Origin: Mobula hypostoma
Taxonomy: Eukaryota
Reading direction: 5' to 3'
DNA: 64,000 nucleotides
Assembly (NCBI RefSeq): GCF_963921235.1
Contig: NC_086097.1
Location: forward strand, 246,204,001-246,268,000
The notes beneath the pieces were generated by a model that was given only the letters and a program-made list of their open reading frames with translations, was not told where the DNA came from and did no database searches. The position numbers and the translations under genes were made by a program. Positions 38,736 through 51,238 of this stretch are shown one piece after another. The first letter of the stretch is position 1, and every line of letters starts with the position of its first letter.

Positions 38736-40691
38736 AAAGCTTCTATACCACTGTTATAAGGCAACATGAGTAGTCCACTAATAGGCTAAGATCGACTGCT
38801 TGCCTCACAATCTACCTCATTATGAATTGCACCTTATTGTCTACCTGTAATGCACTTTCTCTCTAACTGTTACACTCTACTCTGCACTCTGTAATTATTT
38901 TCCCTTGTACTGTCTCAATGCACTGTTGTAATGAATTGGTCTGTATGAACATTGTGCAAGACAGGATTTTCCCTGTATGTTGCTACATGTGACTATAATA
39001 AGCCAATTTACCAATTATGCACTTTGAATTGTATGTCACATTGACAGTACCTCAGCTGCAGTGTCCGCAAGTGCCATCATGTTTCAGGTGTCATCAGAGC
39101 TTGTCCACAGCATCGTAATCCTAACCTGTATGTAACGCATTTTGGGCAGCTGAACCAGACTTAGATAGTGATTGGAAGTGCAGTGCTCAGTGTTGTGGAA
39201 CAGAGGGACCTGGAAGTACAAGTGTAGTTTACAGAAAGACACTGTCACACTGGAGAAGAGATCTACCATGGTGCTACCTGGACTGGAGGGCCTGAGTTAT
39301 AGGGGAGGTTGGCAGAGTGCAGCACAGAAGAAAGAGGGGTGACCTCATAGAGGTTTAAATCAATCATGATGGGTACGAATAAGGTGAGCAGTCATAGATC
39401 TTTCCTCAGAGAGGGGAATCAAAAACTAGAGAGTACAGATGCAAGAAAAGAGGGGAGAAATGCGAAGCTTCTTTTATAGAGAGGGGCATGAGTATCTGGA
39501 ACAAGGGGCCCGAGGAAGTGGTCGAGGCAAGTATAATTACAAGATTTAAGAGGCGTTTGGATAGATATACGGAGGGGAAGGGCTTGAGGGTTATGGGCTG
39601 AACGCAGGGAGCTGGGACTAGCAGGGAGGATGCTGTGGTCAGCATGGACCAGTTGGGCCGAAGGGCCTGTTTCCATGCTTTATAACTGTGGTTCTATCTC
39701 ACATGGGGTTATTGAGAAAGTGTATGGTGTTTTGGCCTTCATTATTCAGGGGACTGAGTTCAATAGCCACAAGGTCATGTTGCAGCTCTATAAAACCCTG
39801 ATTAGACCACATTTAGAGTGTTGCGTTCCGTTCTATTTGCCCCATTATAGAAAGGATGAAGAAACTTTAGAGGATGGAGAGGAGATTCACCAGGATGCTG
39901 ACTGAATTAGAGAGCACGTCTTATAAGGGTAGGTTCGGAGAACTAGGGCTTTTTACTCAGCCATCACCCCATTAGCCAGAACATGCCTTCTTCTCATTGC
40001 TATCTTCAGGGAGCAGGTACAGGAGCCTGAAGATCCACACTTAATGTTTCAAGAACAGCTTCTTCCCCTGTACCATCAGATTTCTGAATGGACAATGAAC
40101 CCATAAACACAACCTCAGTACTGTTTCCCCTCTCTTTTTAAACTACTTATTTAATTCAATTTTCTATTTTTTATATACTTCTTACTGTACTTATTTTTTT
40201 TATTATTATGCATTGCAATGTGCTGCTGCCACAAAACAACAAATGCCAGTGATAGAGGTGATAACTCTCCAGTAACCAGAGACCAACCATCGCGGATAAG
40301 GAGGACCCCCATGGACACGTGGAGATCAGAACCACAAGAAATGTCTGGTCAGCGTAGACTCTTTTCCGGAGTAATACCTTTTCTCTTCATTGACTGTTCA
40401 TGGAGGGTCAGGGATTCTGGTAAGGTGCACACAGGTAGTTAGCTTGGGAGTCCTTGTGCTTATTGGCTGAGAAAATGAAAGTTACTTGTCGGTAAATCCA
40501 GATTCTCTGTGTCTCACTGAACATTATTACAAGGGGTGCTTCTTGTTGCACCCCTATCTCTATCCCCCTTCCCACTCTCAGTCCACAATAGAGACCTTTA
40601 TCAGAGTCAGGTTTATCATCACTCATATAGATCATGAAATTTGTGTGCTTTTTTTTGCAGCAGGAGTACAGTGCAATACATAAAATTTCTA

Positions 40692-40758
40692 CAGTACTGT
40701 GCAAAAGTCTTAGGTACCCTAGCTATATATATGTGCCTAAGACCTTTGCACACTAATG
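40692..40758. mobile_element. Tc1/mariner-type micro-MITE
   Basis: TA-cagtactgtgcaaaagtcttagg...cctaagacctttgcacactaatg-TA palindrome. Confidence 0.75.
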
Positions 40759-41063
40759 TATATTTGTTGTTCTAATGCTTATTCTCCTTAACCTGAGCAC
40801 AGCTACTCAGCAAAGTTTTCTAAATAAGGCATGGCAGAAGTTGAAGAAAATAACATTGGTTCAAAGAAATATGTATTTGTATTTCTATGCATGTCAACAC
40901 TCATATTTCCTACTGAACTTTTAGACTATAAAGAGGGTTAATCTGACACAACAGCATCATTTTAAAAGCTGTTTGAAGGAATGGATAAAATTGCGATGTG
41001 GTTTCTATGGCAACACAAGTGGGGCATACGAGCTTGATTTCACCACTGAAGAGAAGTTCGGAT

Positions 41064-41520
41064 AGGTACACCAGGTTGATTCCAGAGATGATGGGTTTAG
41101 ACAATGAGGACAGATTGAGTCGCCTGGGACGGTACTCGCTGGAATTCAGAAGGATGAGAGGAGATCTTATAGAAACATATAGAATTCTGAAAGGGATAGA
41201 TAAGCTAGGGGCACAAAATTTGTTTCCACATGTAGGTGGGACTAGAACTACCAGATTCAGGGGAGTAAATTTAGGACAGAGATGAGGAGGAACCGCTTTT
41301 CCCAGAGAGTGGTGAATCTGTGGAATTCTCTGCACAATGAAGCAATGGAGGCTACCTCAGTAAATATATTTAATACAAGGTTGGATAGATTTTTGCATAG
41401 TGGGGTAATTAAGGGTTATGGGGAAAAGGCAGGTAGGTGGAGATGAGTCCATGGTCAGATCAGTCAGGCTCGATGGGCTAGATGGCTTAGTCCTGCTCCT
41501 ATTTCTAATGTTCTTATGGA
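41064..41520 (+). mobile_element. CR1 LINE 3' fragment
   Basis: RYTRLIPEMMGL...LEFRRMRGDLIETYRILKG. Confidence 0.85.
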
Positions 41521-41814
41521 TGGTAGGGGTATGGAGGGCTATGTCCCAGTGCAGAACAATGGGAATAGACAGTTCAAATAGCTAGACACAGACTAGATGG
41601 GCCAAAGGACCTGCTTCTGTGCTGTACTTTTCTATGACTCTATGTCACACAAAATTCTGGAGGATATCAGTAGCATGTATGGAGGGAAGTGAAGAGTTGA
41701 TGTTTTGGGCTGAAACTCTTCATCAGGACTGGGAAGGAAGAGGGAAGGAGCCAGATTAAGAAGGAAGGAATTCACAAAAATGCTGAAAGAACTCAGTAGA
41801 TTGGCCCAAAACAA

Positions 41815-42075
41815 TGCCAACTGTAAAATCAGGGTTCACTTCCTTCCATTCCCTGTAAGAAGTTTATATATTCTTCCCGTTACCATGTGAGTTTCCTCTA
41901 GCTGTTCCAGTTTCCTCCCACACTCCACAGATTTATGGGTTAGTAAATCCACAGTGGGTGAGGTTTGTTGGCAGCAGAAGCACAGTGACACTTGCAGGCT
42001 GCCCCAGACTGAGTTGGGCATTGACACAAATGAGGCATTTCACTGTACGCGTCGATGATGTGATAAATAAAATAA
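41815..42075 (+). mobile_element. V-SINE (HE1-like), decayed
   Basis: V-domain-like gtttatatattcttcccgttaccatgtgagtttcctctagctgttccagtttcctcccacactccacaga. Confidence 0.6.
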
Positions 42076-42649
42076 TCTTTATTTCTGTCCCCTTCCATTC
42101 CAGTCCTGATGAACAGTCTCAGTTTGGAACATTGACTGTTTATTCACTCTCCATGGATGCTGCCTGACTTACTGAGATCCTCCAGCATTTTCTGTATATT
42201 GCTGTAGAATTACAGTATCTGCAGAATCTCTTGTGTATAATATCGATGGTTTGTCAAGTTCTAGATGAGAAGTTTAGGTGCAGAATTAGTCCATTTGGCC
42301 CATCGAGTCTGCCCCCACCAATCCACCAAGGATTCTATGCAGGCGATAATTAAAAGAAAACACGTATTAAGTTAGAAAATCGATAAAACTACAGGTACTG
42401 AAAATGTGAAGTGAAAACAGTGAACATTTCAGGTGCTGAGTTCACCAGTTTCAGGAAAGTTGTTTTCTTTGTTTTAGATATAAGCTTACCACATGTAATA
42501 TTAACTTTCCACAGACACTGTCTGATTTGACCGGCCATTTTCACATTTTCCTTTCGGTTTTGGTTCTCTTGCAACAGCTTTGATCTGCATATACAGTACG
42601 TTCTGTGGCCACTTTATTAGGCACATCTGTAAACTTACTTATTAAGTAA

Positions 42650-44415
42650 GAGGAGTTGAGTACAAGGTTGTTGCTGTGACACCACTCAACTAATTGGTAT
42701 ATCTTGCTCCTGTATGCCCTTTCGTCACCATCTGAAATTCTGCAAACAATGATTGTAACATTGAAAATTTATAGATGGCATTTGAGCTGTGCCTAGCCAC
42801 ACAGTCATGGGTGTGGAGAGAGCAGAGCAGTGGGCTAAGCATGCATCCCTGTGGAGCACCAGTGTTAATTGTCTGCAGGGTGGAGATGTCTACACAGATT
42901 GTGGTCTTCTGGTTAAGAAGTCGAGGATCCAGTTGCAGAGGGAGGTACAGAGGCCTAGGTTCTGGAGCTTTCCAATCAGAACTGTAGGAATTACGGTGTT
43001 AAATGCTGAGCTATAGTCAATAAACAGCATCTTGGATAGGTATTTGCATTGTCCAGATGATCCAAGGCTGCATGGGGAGCCACTGAGATTGCGTCTGCTG
43101 TAGACCTAATGTGGCGATAGGCAAATTGCAGTGGGTCCAGGTCCTTCCTGAGCCAGGTGTTGATTCTAGCTAACCTCTCAAAGCATTTCATCACCGTAGA
43201 TGTGAGCGCTACTGGATGATAGTCATTGAGGCAGCTCACACTGCTCTTCTTGGGCACTGGTACAACTGTTGCCCTTTTAAAGTCGGTGGGAACTTCTGAC
43301 TGTAGCATCAAGAGATTGAAAATGTCTTTGAATATTCCCGCTAGTCAGTTGGCACAGGTTTTCAGAGCCTTGGGTACTCCATCGGGTCCTGCTGCCTTGC
43401 AAGGGTTCAACATTGGCCTCTGAGACAAGGTTATCCGATGCTGCAAGGATCCTCATAACTGTGGTTTTATTCTCCCTTTCAAAGTGAGTATAAAAGGCAT
43501 TGAGCTCATCTGGTAGTGAAGCATCGCTGCCACTCATGATGTTAAATTTTGCTTTTGTAGGAAACCCTGCAAACTCTGCCAAAGTTGACGTGCATCCAAT
43601 GTTGCCAGCCAGCTCACTGGAATTGTTTTTTTGGTTTTTAAAATATCCCTCCGCAAGTCATACCTGGTTTTCTCATACAGACCTGGACTGCCAGATTTAA
43701 ATGCCACAGATCTAGCCCTCAGCAGACTATGAATCCCCTGGTTCATCCAAGGCTTTTGGTTTGGGAATGTACAGCAAGTTTTCATAGGCACACACTCATC
43801 CAAACAGGTTTTAATGAGGTTGGTGACAACTGTGGCATACTCATCCAGATTCGAGGATGACTCCTTGAACACAGTCCACTCCACTGATTCAAAGCAGTCC
43901 TGTAAGCGCTCCTGTGCCTCCCTTGTCCAAACCTCTTGGTCCTCACTACTGGTGCTGCAGTCTTCAGTCTCTGCCTATACTCAGGGAGTAGAATTACAGC
44001 CAGGTGATCAGACTTACCAAAGTGTGGGAGTGGGATAGCACGGTAGGCATTCTTGAACTTAGGGTAACTGAGGTCCAGGGTGTTATTTCCTCTGGTACTA
44101 CAGGTGGTTTGTTGATGATAACGAGTTAGTGACTTTATCAAGCTGGCCTGGTTAAAGTCACCCAAAGTGATGGGGAAGGCATCAGGCTGTGTTATTTCAT
44201 GTCTGTTGATTACATTGCTCAGCCTCTCCAGAGCCTGTTTGACATTGGTCTAAGGTGGAACATACACTGCCATCAAAAAGATCGCAGAAATCTCCTGCAG
44301 CAGATAAAATGGCTGCCACTTAATTGCAAGGTATTCCAGGTCTGGTGAGCAATATTGAGATGTCACTGACACATTAGTATACCACGAGGTGTTGATCATG
44401 AGGCATACACCTCTA
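42650..44415 (-). mobile_element. Rex1/Babar-like LINE (APE plus RT), decayed
   Basis: [43 protein letters not shown] and DPLQFAY motifs. Confidence 0.9.
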
Positions 44416-44485
44416 ATTCAGCTTTTGAGAGACATGATTGACCTGTCTTGACAATGTATTGTGAACCAGTCTATTTGAATCACTG

Positions 44486-44607
44486 AAACAACAGGAATTC
44501 TGCAGATGAGTTAGTCCTGACGAAGGGTCTCGGCCTGAAACGTCGACTGCGCCTCTTCCTATAGATGCTGCTTGGCCTGCTGCGTTCACCAGCAACTTTG
44601 ATGTGTG
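44486..44607 (+). mobile_element. Hammerhead-bearing Penelope-derived mini-insertion with inverted end and 15-bp TSD
   Basis: ctatttgaatcactg at 44471-44485 and 44608-44622. The first 23 nt are the reverse complement of the family terminus seen at 11094-11116. Confidence 0.85.
44513..44548 (+). ncRNA. Minimal type I hammerhead ribozyme motif (best copy)
   Basis: AGTC CTGACGA AGG-GTCTCGG-CCT GAAA CGTC GACT: stem I AGTC/GACT, stem II AGG/CCT, palindromic ACGT in place of stem III, GUC cleavage triplet. Confidence 0.72.
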
Positions 44608-46054
44608 CTATTTGAATCACTGCATCTGGCACAGGAGGGGTTAACCACATTATGTGAAGCAAAAGACGCATGCATTCCTAATATCCAACTGATACAGCAC
44701 TCTAGCTCAAAGATCATCAATTTTATTTACCAGAGACTGTATGTTTGCCAGCAAGATAGTTGATATTGGGAGTCGAAAACACACCATCAGACCACAAACA
44801 AGAGAAAATCTGCAGATGCTAGAAATCCGAGCAATGGGCCGAAATGTTAACTGTACTTTTTCCCACAGATGCTACCTGGCCTGCTGAATTCCTCCGGCAC
44901 TTTGTGTGTGTTGCACCATCAGAACAGTGCGTTGACCTCTCTTTCGCCGCTGGCTTCTTAAAGGGGCAGTGCGCCGGCTACCATCTGGTCCATTTCCATT
45001 GACTTTAAGCAGCAATAGATCACATTAGAACTGCTTCACCGACTGTACACATCATAAATACAGTTATGGTTCTCAGCCGTAGCAGGCTAAAACAAGAATT
45101 TTTGATGTTTTCCATGAGAACTGCCGTTAGGGTCATCCATGATGTTGGTGTCCCGGAAGTGAAGTGAAGATTTGATATTTACATTTTTACTTTTTTTTTA
45201 TTATTGCATGATTTGTCTTCTTTTGTATATTGTTGCTTGTTAGTTTTCATTATTTACAGTTTTTCATGAATTCTATCAGATTTCTTTATTTCCCTGTAAA
45301 TTCCCACAAGAAAGTGAATCTTACTGTAATAAATTTACTTTGAATGTTGAAGTCACTGCAACAATTCTATATAGAGCGTGTATTCTCGTACCTTATGTAA
45401 TCCCTGCTCACTGGGTATGTTTTGCTGAGGTTGAAAGTGCTGCAATTGACAGCACAACACTGATTTTGCCCATGGTTTTCTCACCAAAGCTAGCGCATGT
45501 TTTTAAATTAAATAAAAAGACGTGTTACTTTGTCAGCAGATACAGAATGCAAAGAGATCTTTAACGCCAGTTCAATCACTGTATCTAATTGTAGTTACTC
45601 TCTAAATCTGTTTCATAGTCACTACTTTGTGAAGCATTTGTTAACTTAGCTCCAGCAATTTATGTGATTAAGCTTGCCTCAGTTAACACTGCAAACATTT
45701 CTTTGTAAGCGCCTTGTTCTGTATGATCAGATGTGCCATTAAGGGTCATCCGGTACGACTGGCCTTGCCTAGTCAGTTAGACCATAAGATCATAAGACAT
45801 AGAGCAGATTTAGGTCTTGAGCTGATGGGGTCAAGCTGGGGGTCCCCATTTGATCATGGCAGAGTTATTATCCCTCTCAACCCCATTCTTTTGCCTTCTC
45901 ACTGCAACCTTTGACACTTTAAATATACTCAATGACTTGGTTTCTGCAGCCATTTGTGACAATGAATTCCACAGATTTACCACCCTCTGGCTAAATAAAA
46001 TCCTCTTCATCTCTGTTCTAAAGGTATGTCCCTGTATTTTGAGGCACTACCCTC

Positions 46055-46500
46055 TGGGTAGCAGACACCAACAGTATCAACAAACCCATTCGTAAGGCCA
46101 GTGATGTTGTGGGGATGGAACTGGACTCTCTCACGGTGCTGTCTGAAAAGAGGATGCTGTCTAAGTTGCATGCCATCTTGGTCAATGTCTCCCATCCACT
46201 ACATAATGTACTGGGTGGGCACAGGAGTACATTCAGCCGGAGACTCATTCCACCGAGATGCAACACAGAGCGTCATAGGAAGTCATTCCTGCCTGTGGCC
46301 ATCAAACTTTACAACTCCTCCCTTGGAGGGTCAGACACCCTGAGCCAATAGGCTGGTCCTGGATTTATTTCATAACTTACTGGCATAATTTACATATTAC
46401 TATTTAACTATTTATGGTTTTATTACTGTTTATTATTTATGGTGCAACTGTAACGAAAACCAATTTCCCTCGGGATCAATGAAGTATGACTATGTCTATG
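46055..46500 (+). mobile_element. Rex1/Babar 3' fragment, same subfamily as 20313-21457, inserted in a minus-strand CR1
   Basis: Highly similar to 20995-21450; tail gtatgactatgtctatg. Confidence 0.9.
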
Positions 46501-46794
46501 GTCTTGGACTCTTCTACTATTGGAAACATCCACTCAATCTAGGTCTTACAATATTCGAAAGGTTTTGATGAGAAACCGCCTCGTTCTTCTAAACTCCAGT
46601 GAGCACAAGCCTGAAGGCATCAAATACTTCTCGTACTCTATAGTTACCAGGATTCTTCCCCTGAACCTTCTCTGGACCCTCTCCAATGCCAGCATGTAAT
46701 TTTTTTTAGGCATGGAGCACAAAACTGCTCACAATACTCAAAACGCTGTCTGCCCAATGCCTAATAAGACCTCAGTATTACATCCTTGCTTTTA

Positions 46795-47365
46795 TAGAAC
46801 ATAAAGCTAGACCAGTACAGCACAGGAACAGGCCCACAATGTTGTGCCAAACCAATTAATTTAGTAATCAAATGGCCAACTAATCTCTTCTGCCCACACA
46901 ATGTCCATACCCATCCATTTTCCTCACATTCATGTGCCTATCTAAGTGTCTCTTTAAAGTTTTTAATGTATCTGCGTCTACCAGTACCCCGGGCAATGCA
47001 TTTCACGCACCTCCACTCTATGTAAAAAAAACTTGCTCCTCAAATCTCCTTTGAATTGCCCCTCTCACCTGAAAAGCACTAGATATTCCACCCAAGGGAA
47101 AAAGATTCTGCCTGCCTACTCTATCTATTCCTCTCATAATCTTATAAACCTCTATCAGATCTCCCTTCAGCCTCTGCTGCTCCAGAGAAAACAACCCAAA
47201 TTTATCCAACCTCTCATTAGAGCACAAGCCCTGTAATCCAGGCAACATCCTGGTAAACCTCTTCAAAGCCTCAACATCCTTCCTATAATGGGTGACCAGA
47301 ACTGTATGCAATACTCCAGATGCAGCCGAACCAGAGCTTTACAAAGCTGCAACACAACTTCCTCT
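46795..47365 (-). mobile_element. CR1 LINE 3' fragment
   Basis: YRKDVEALKRFTRMLPGL...GDLIEVYKIMRG. Confidence 0.8.
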
Positions 47366-48478
47366 CTAGTATATTCTAGTCTTCTCAAAGTGCATACATT
47401 CATCAACCATTCAGAAATCTGATGGCAGAGAGGAAGAATCTGTTCCTAAAATGTTGCATGTGGACCCTCAGGCTCCTGTACCTCTTCTTGATGGTAACAA
47501 TGAGAAGACCATAAGACATAGGAGCAGAAATAGGCCATTTGGCCCATTGAGTCTGCTCTGCCATTTCATCATGGCTGATCCATTTCTCTCTCAACCACAT
47601 TCTCCTGCCTTCTCCCCATAACTGCTCACGCCCTGACTAATCAAGAGAAGAGGCCATGTCCTAGATGGCAAGGGATCTTTAGCAAAAGATGCTGCCTTAT
47701 CGAGGCTGCTTGGCTCACTTTTTCCTGAGGCAGTTTCATTCCATTTGCAGAAACAATTTAGCTCAGTGAGTAGCGACAGTTTCATTTAGTAAAGATTCCA
47801 GATTCAAGTTTATTTATCACGTGTACATCTACACATAAAGTGGAACTTACGGTCTGTGTTAACAACCAACACACCTGAGGGTGGGCTGGGGGCAGCCCAC
47901 AAGTGTACCACACATTCCAGCGCCCACAAGCCCACAATGCTTGGCGGAACGACACAAAACACAACAAAACAGAACACAACAAGCAGCAAAACAACAACAG
48001 CAAAGCAAGCCCTGTTCCTCCCTCCCACCCAATAGAGGTAACTTGGCTTGGTCAACTCACCTAGTTTGACTGTGTTAATAAAACTAACCTTACTTGCTTC
48101 ATGGAGACAGACTGCTCCATCTTAATGCATGAGGAGCATTTGATGGCCCTGGGCCCGGACTCGTTGGAACTTAGAATGGGGTGGATCTCACTAAAATCCA
48201 TCAAATATTGAAAGGTCTAGACAGAGTGGATGTGGAGAGAGGATGTTCCCTGTGGTGGGGGAGTCTGGGACCAGAGGGCAGGGCCTCAGAATGGAAGAAA
48301 CTCCCTTTGGAACAGAGAGGAAGAGGAATTCCTTTAGACAGAGGGTGGTGAATCTGCGGAACTGATTGCCACAACGGCTGTGGAGGGCGAACGATTGGGT
48401 ATATTTAAAGTGGAGGTTGATAGGCTCTTGATTAGTAAGTGTTTCAAAGGTTACGAGAATAAAGCAAGTGAATGGGGT

Positions 48479-49951
48479 CATCATCGTAGCTTGTCGCACC
48501 AGACAGCCAGCCACTCTAGTGTTGTTTGGTTGATGTTGAGCAGGTCAGTGTCAGCTAAATCAGGTGAGAGTGGGCAGTTGCGGAGAACGTGTTCAATGTT
48601 CTGCACCCTTTCGCCACACTCACAGGATTCGCTGGTCTTTAAACCCCACTTCACCATATTGTCTCCCATCCTACAAACTCCCGCTCTCGCTCTGTTGAGA
48701 GCGCACCACTTCCGTCTGTCAAGCAGTGCCCCGTCTGGTAACATTTCTGTGGGGTCTGCACTGTATTGTTTGGTGGGGTTCTGGCTTCTGTTTGTTGTCA
48801 GAGGTCAATCCTGTATGTTTGGGGGGATGTTCCGCGCTGTAGTTCCTCCACTGTAGCAAAGCTTTTCCTCGATTTTAGGCGGTTGGAAACTGGCACATGA
48901 TGATGTAGTGGGTGTTGTGGATCCGAATTCTAAATTTACCTTTTTCAATTTTTGTTGTAGTGCGTCTTTGGATCTCTGGGGGAGCAATGCCTGAAAGTCT
49001 GTAAATGATGTTAGTGGGTGTGGGGCGCAGTGTGTCTGTGATTATTCGGCAGGCTTCGTTAAGCAACGGGTCTATTTTCTTAGCATGGGCTGATCCGCCC
49101 CACACAGGTGCACAGTATTCTGCAGGTGCATAGCAGAGTGCTAGGGCAGTTGATCTAAGTGTGTGAGCATTAGCTGCCCATTTCGTGCCTGCTAATTTTT
49201 TCAAGAGAGAATTGCGAGAGCCAACTTTCCCTCGGAGTTTTTGGATGTGGGTGGCAAATGAGAGCGTCCTATCCAGTGTCACGTCCAGGTAAATTGGAGT
49301 CGGATGGTTTTCGAGCTCCTTCTCTCACCAGAAGATCTTGAGTTTCCGAGCTGCTTGTCGATTCCTCAGGTGGAATGCACACACTTGAGTTTTTGATGGA
49401 TTTGGGTTCAGAGACCATTTTTCATAATACTGCTTCATTGCTTCGAGGACTGCGTAAGTTGTACTTCAACTTCTTGGAAGGAGTTAGCTTGTGTTGCTAT
49501 GCATAGGTCATCTGCATAGATAAACCTGCGTGTGTTAGGAAAGGTTGGTTGGTCGTTTGTGTAAACATTAAATAGTAGAGGTGACAGGACTGACCCCTGT
49601 GGTAGTCCGTTCTTTTGTGGACGCCATCTGCTCTTAATTTCATTCATTTCTACATAAAATCTATGATTTTCTAGGAGGCTTCTTATTACTTTGACTGTGG
49701 TTTCGTTCTTTAACATTTTAGATAATTTCAGTAGAAGGCCTCTGTCGTATGCTGCTGTTAAGTCAACAAATACTGCCCCTGTAATTTGTCGCATTTCAAA
49801 GCCATCCTGAATATACTAGGTTGAGTCAAGAGCGTTCACGCCGTGACTCTGTTAATCCGAAAGGAGACCAATCCTGACATTACGCGCCAGACCAAGTGAT
49901 CCAGTGGGTGGTGAAAGGATAAACCCTCGGCCCACTGGAAATCATGAAAAA
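48479..49951 (-). mobile_element. Vingi/Ingi-like LINE, 5'-truncated and decayed, 13-bp TSD
   Basis: AVFVDLTAAYD, KNGLPQGSVLSPLLFNVYTND, FIYADD, TLDRTLSF, LRSTALALCYAPAEYCAPVW and C-terminal CECG...EHVLRNCP; TGATGA end. aagtgaatggggt at 48466-48478 and 49952-49964, inside a CR1 3' UTR. Confidence 0.88.
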
Positions 49952-50098
49952 AAGTGAATGGGGTTGAGCGGGATAATAAATCAGCCATGATGAAATACTA
50001 AAGCAAACGATGGGCTGAATGGCCTAATTTCTGCTCCTCTGTCTCATGGACTATGCACTATACAACCAATCTACTGCAATCAGTCAATCTGAGTATGA

Positions 50099-50847
50099 TA
50101 GAAACATAGAAAATAGGTGCAGGAGTAGGCCATTCGGCCCTTCGAACCTGCACCGCCATTCAGTATGATCATGGCTGATCATCCAACTCAGAACCCTGTA
50201 CCAGCTTTCCCTCCATACCCCTTGATCCCTTTAGCCACAAGGGCCATATCTAACTCCCTCTTAAATATAGCCAATGAACTGGCCTCAACTGTTTCCTGTG
50301 GCAGAGAATTCCACAGATTCACCACTCTCTGTGTGAAGAAGTTTTTCCTCATCTCGGTCCTAAAAGGCTTCCCCTTTATCCTCAAACTGTGACCCCTCGT
50401 TCTGGACTTCCCCAACATCAGGAACAATCTTCCTGCATCTAGCCTGTCCAATCCCTTCAGGATTTTATACGTTTCAATAAGATCCCCCCTCAATCTTCTA
50501 AATTCCAGAGAGTATAAGCCTAGTCGATCCAGTCTTTCATCATATGAAAGTCCTGCCATCCCAGGAATCAATCTGGTGAACCTTCTTTGTACTCCCTCTA
50601 TGGCAAGAATGTCTTTCCTCAGATTAGGGGACCAAAACTGCACACAATACTCCAGGTGTGGTCTCACCAAGGCGTTGTACAGCTGCAGTAGTACCTCCCT
50701 GCTCCTGTACTCGAATCCTCTCGCTATAAATGCCAGCATACCATTCGCCTTTTTCACCGTCTGCTGTACCTGCATGCCCACTTTCAATGACTGGTGTATA
50801 ATGACACCCAGGTCTCGTTGCACCTCCCCTTTTCCTAATCGGCCACC
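50099..50847 (-). mobile_element. Young CR1 3' fragment, same subfamily as 35890-37522
   Basis: Near-identical peptide GGRLGKGEVQRDLG...GYGGKAG and the same tail. Confidence 0.95.
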
Positions 50848-50849
50848 AT

Positions 50850-51238
50850 GTTCTCCAAAGGGGCTGTCTTCCGCTATGTTAGGGTGGATTGCCTCAATGG
50901 AGAACGCCTGTGTGTGATGCAGGGAGGCAGGTACACGGGCAGCCATCACACGGTCCATGACAGATCGGCGTCGGGGTCCGGTGGCACGAAGCGCAAGCAT
51001 GACCGGGGATCCTTCACTGCTGCAGCCTTCCTCCACCCTCACCGCTGCTGTGATGAGACATCATCTTCTAGCAGCTCCACCATTGCAGTCTTGGCTGGAT
51101 TGCCCCTTGTCTGGACCCTCCCCTTTGACCTAACTGCCATGGGTGACCCTACCAGGAGCTATCTTCCTGACGGCATCGTTCTCGGGAACTCAGGAACTGA
51201 CAAGCGTCTGCAGCACCAAAAGGTGACGATCCCCGGGG
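50850..51238 (-). mobile_element. RTE/Expander-type 5'-UTR-derived repeat (family C)
   Basis: Homologous to 55012-55395 (cgtcaccttg/t, cctggtagggtcaccca, aggtcaaagggg, gaggaaggctgcagcagtgaagg). Confidence 0.6.

Noticed and set aside
50188..51042. 284-aa ORF as a novel gene
   Set aside because: It is a read-through from a non-coding repeat into a CR1 RT C-terminus, with no evidence of a host gene.
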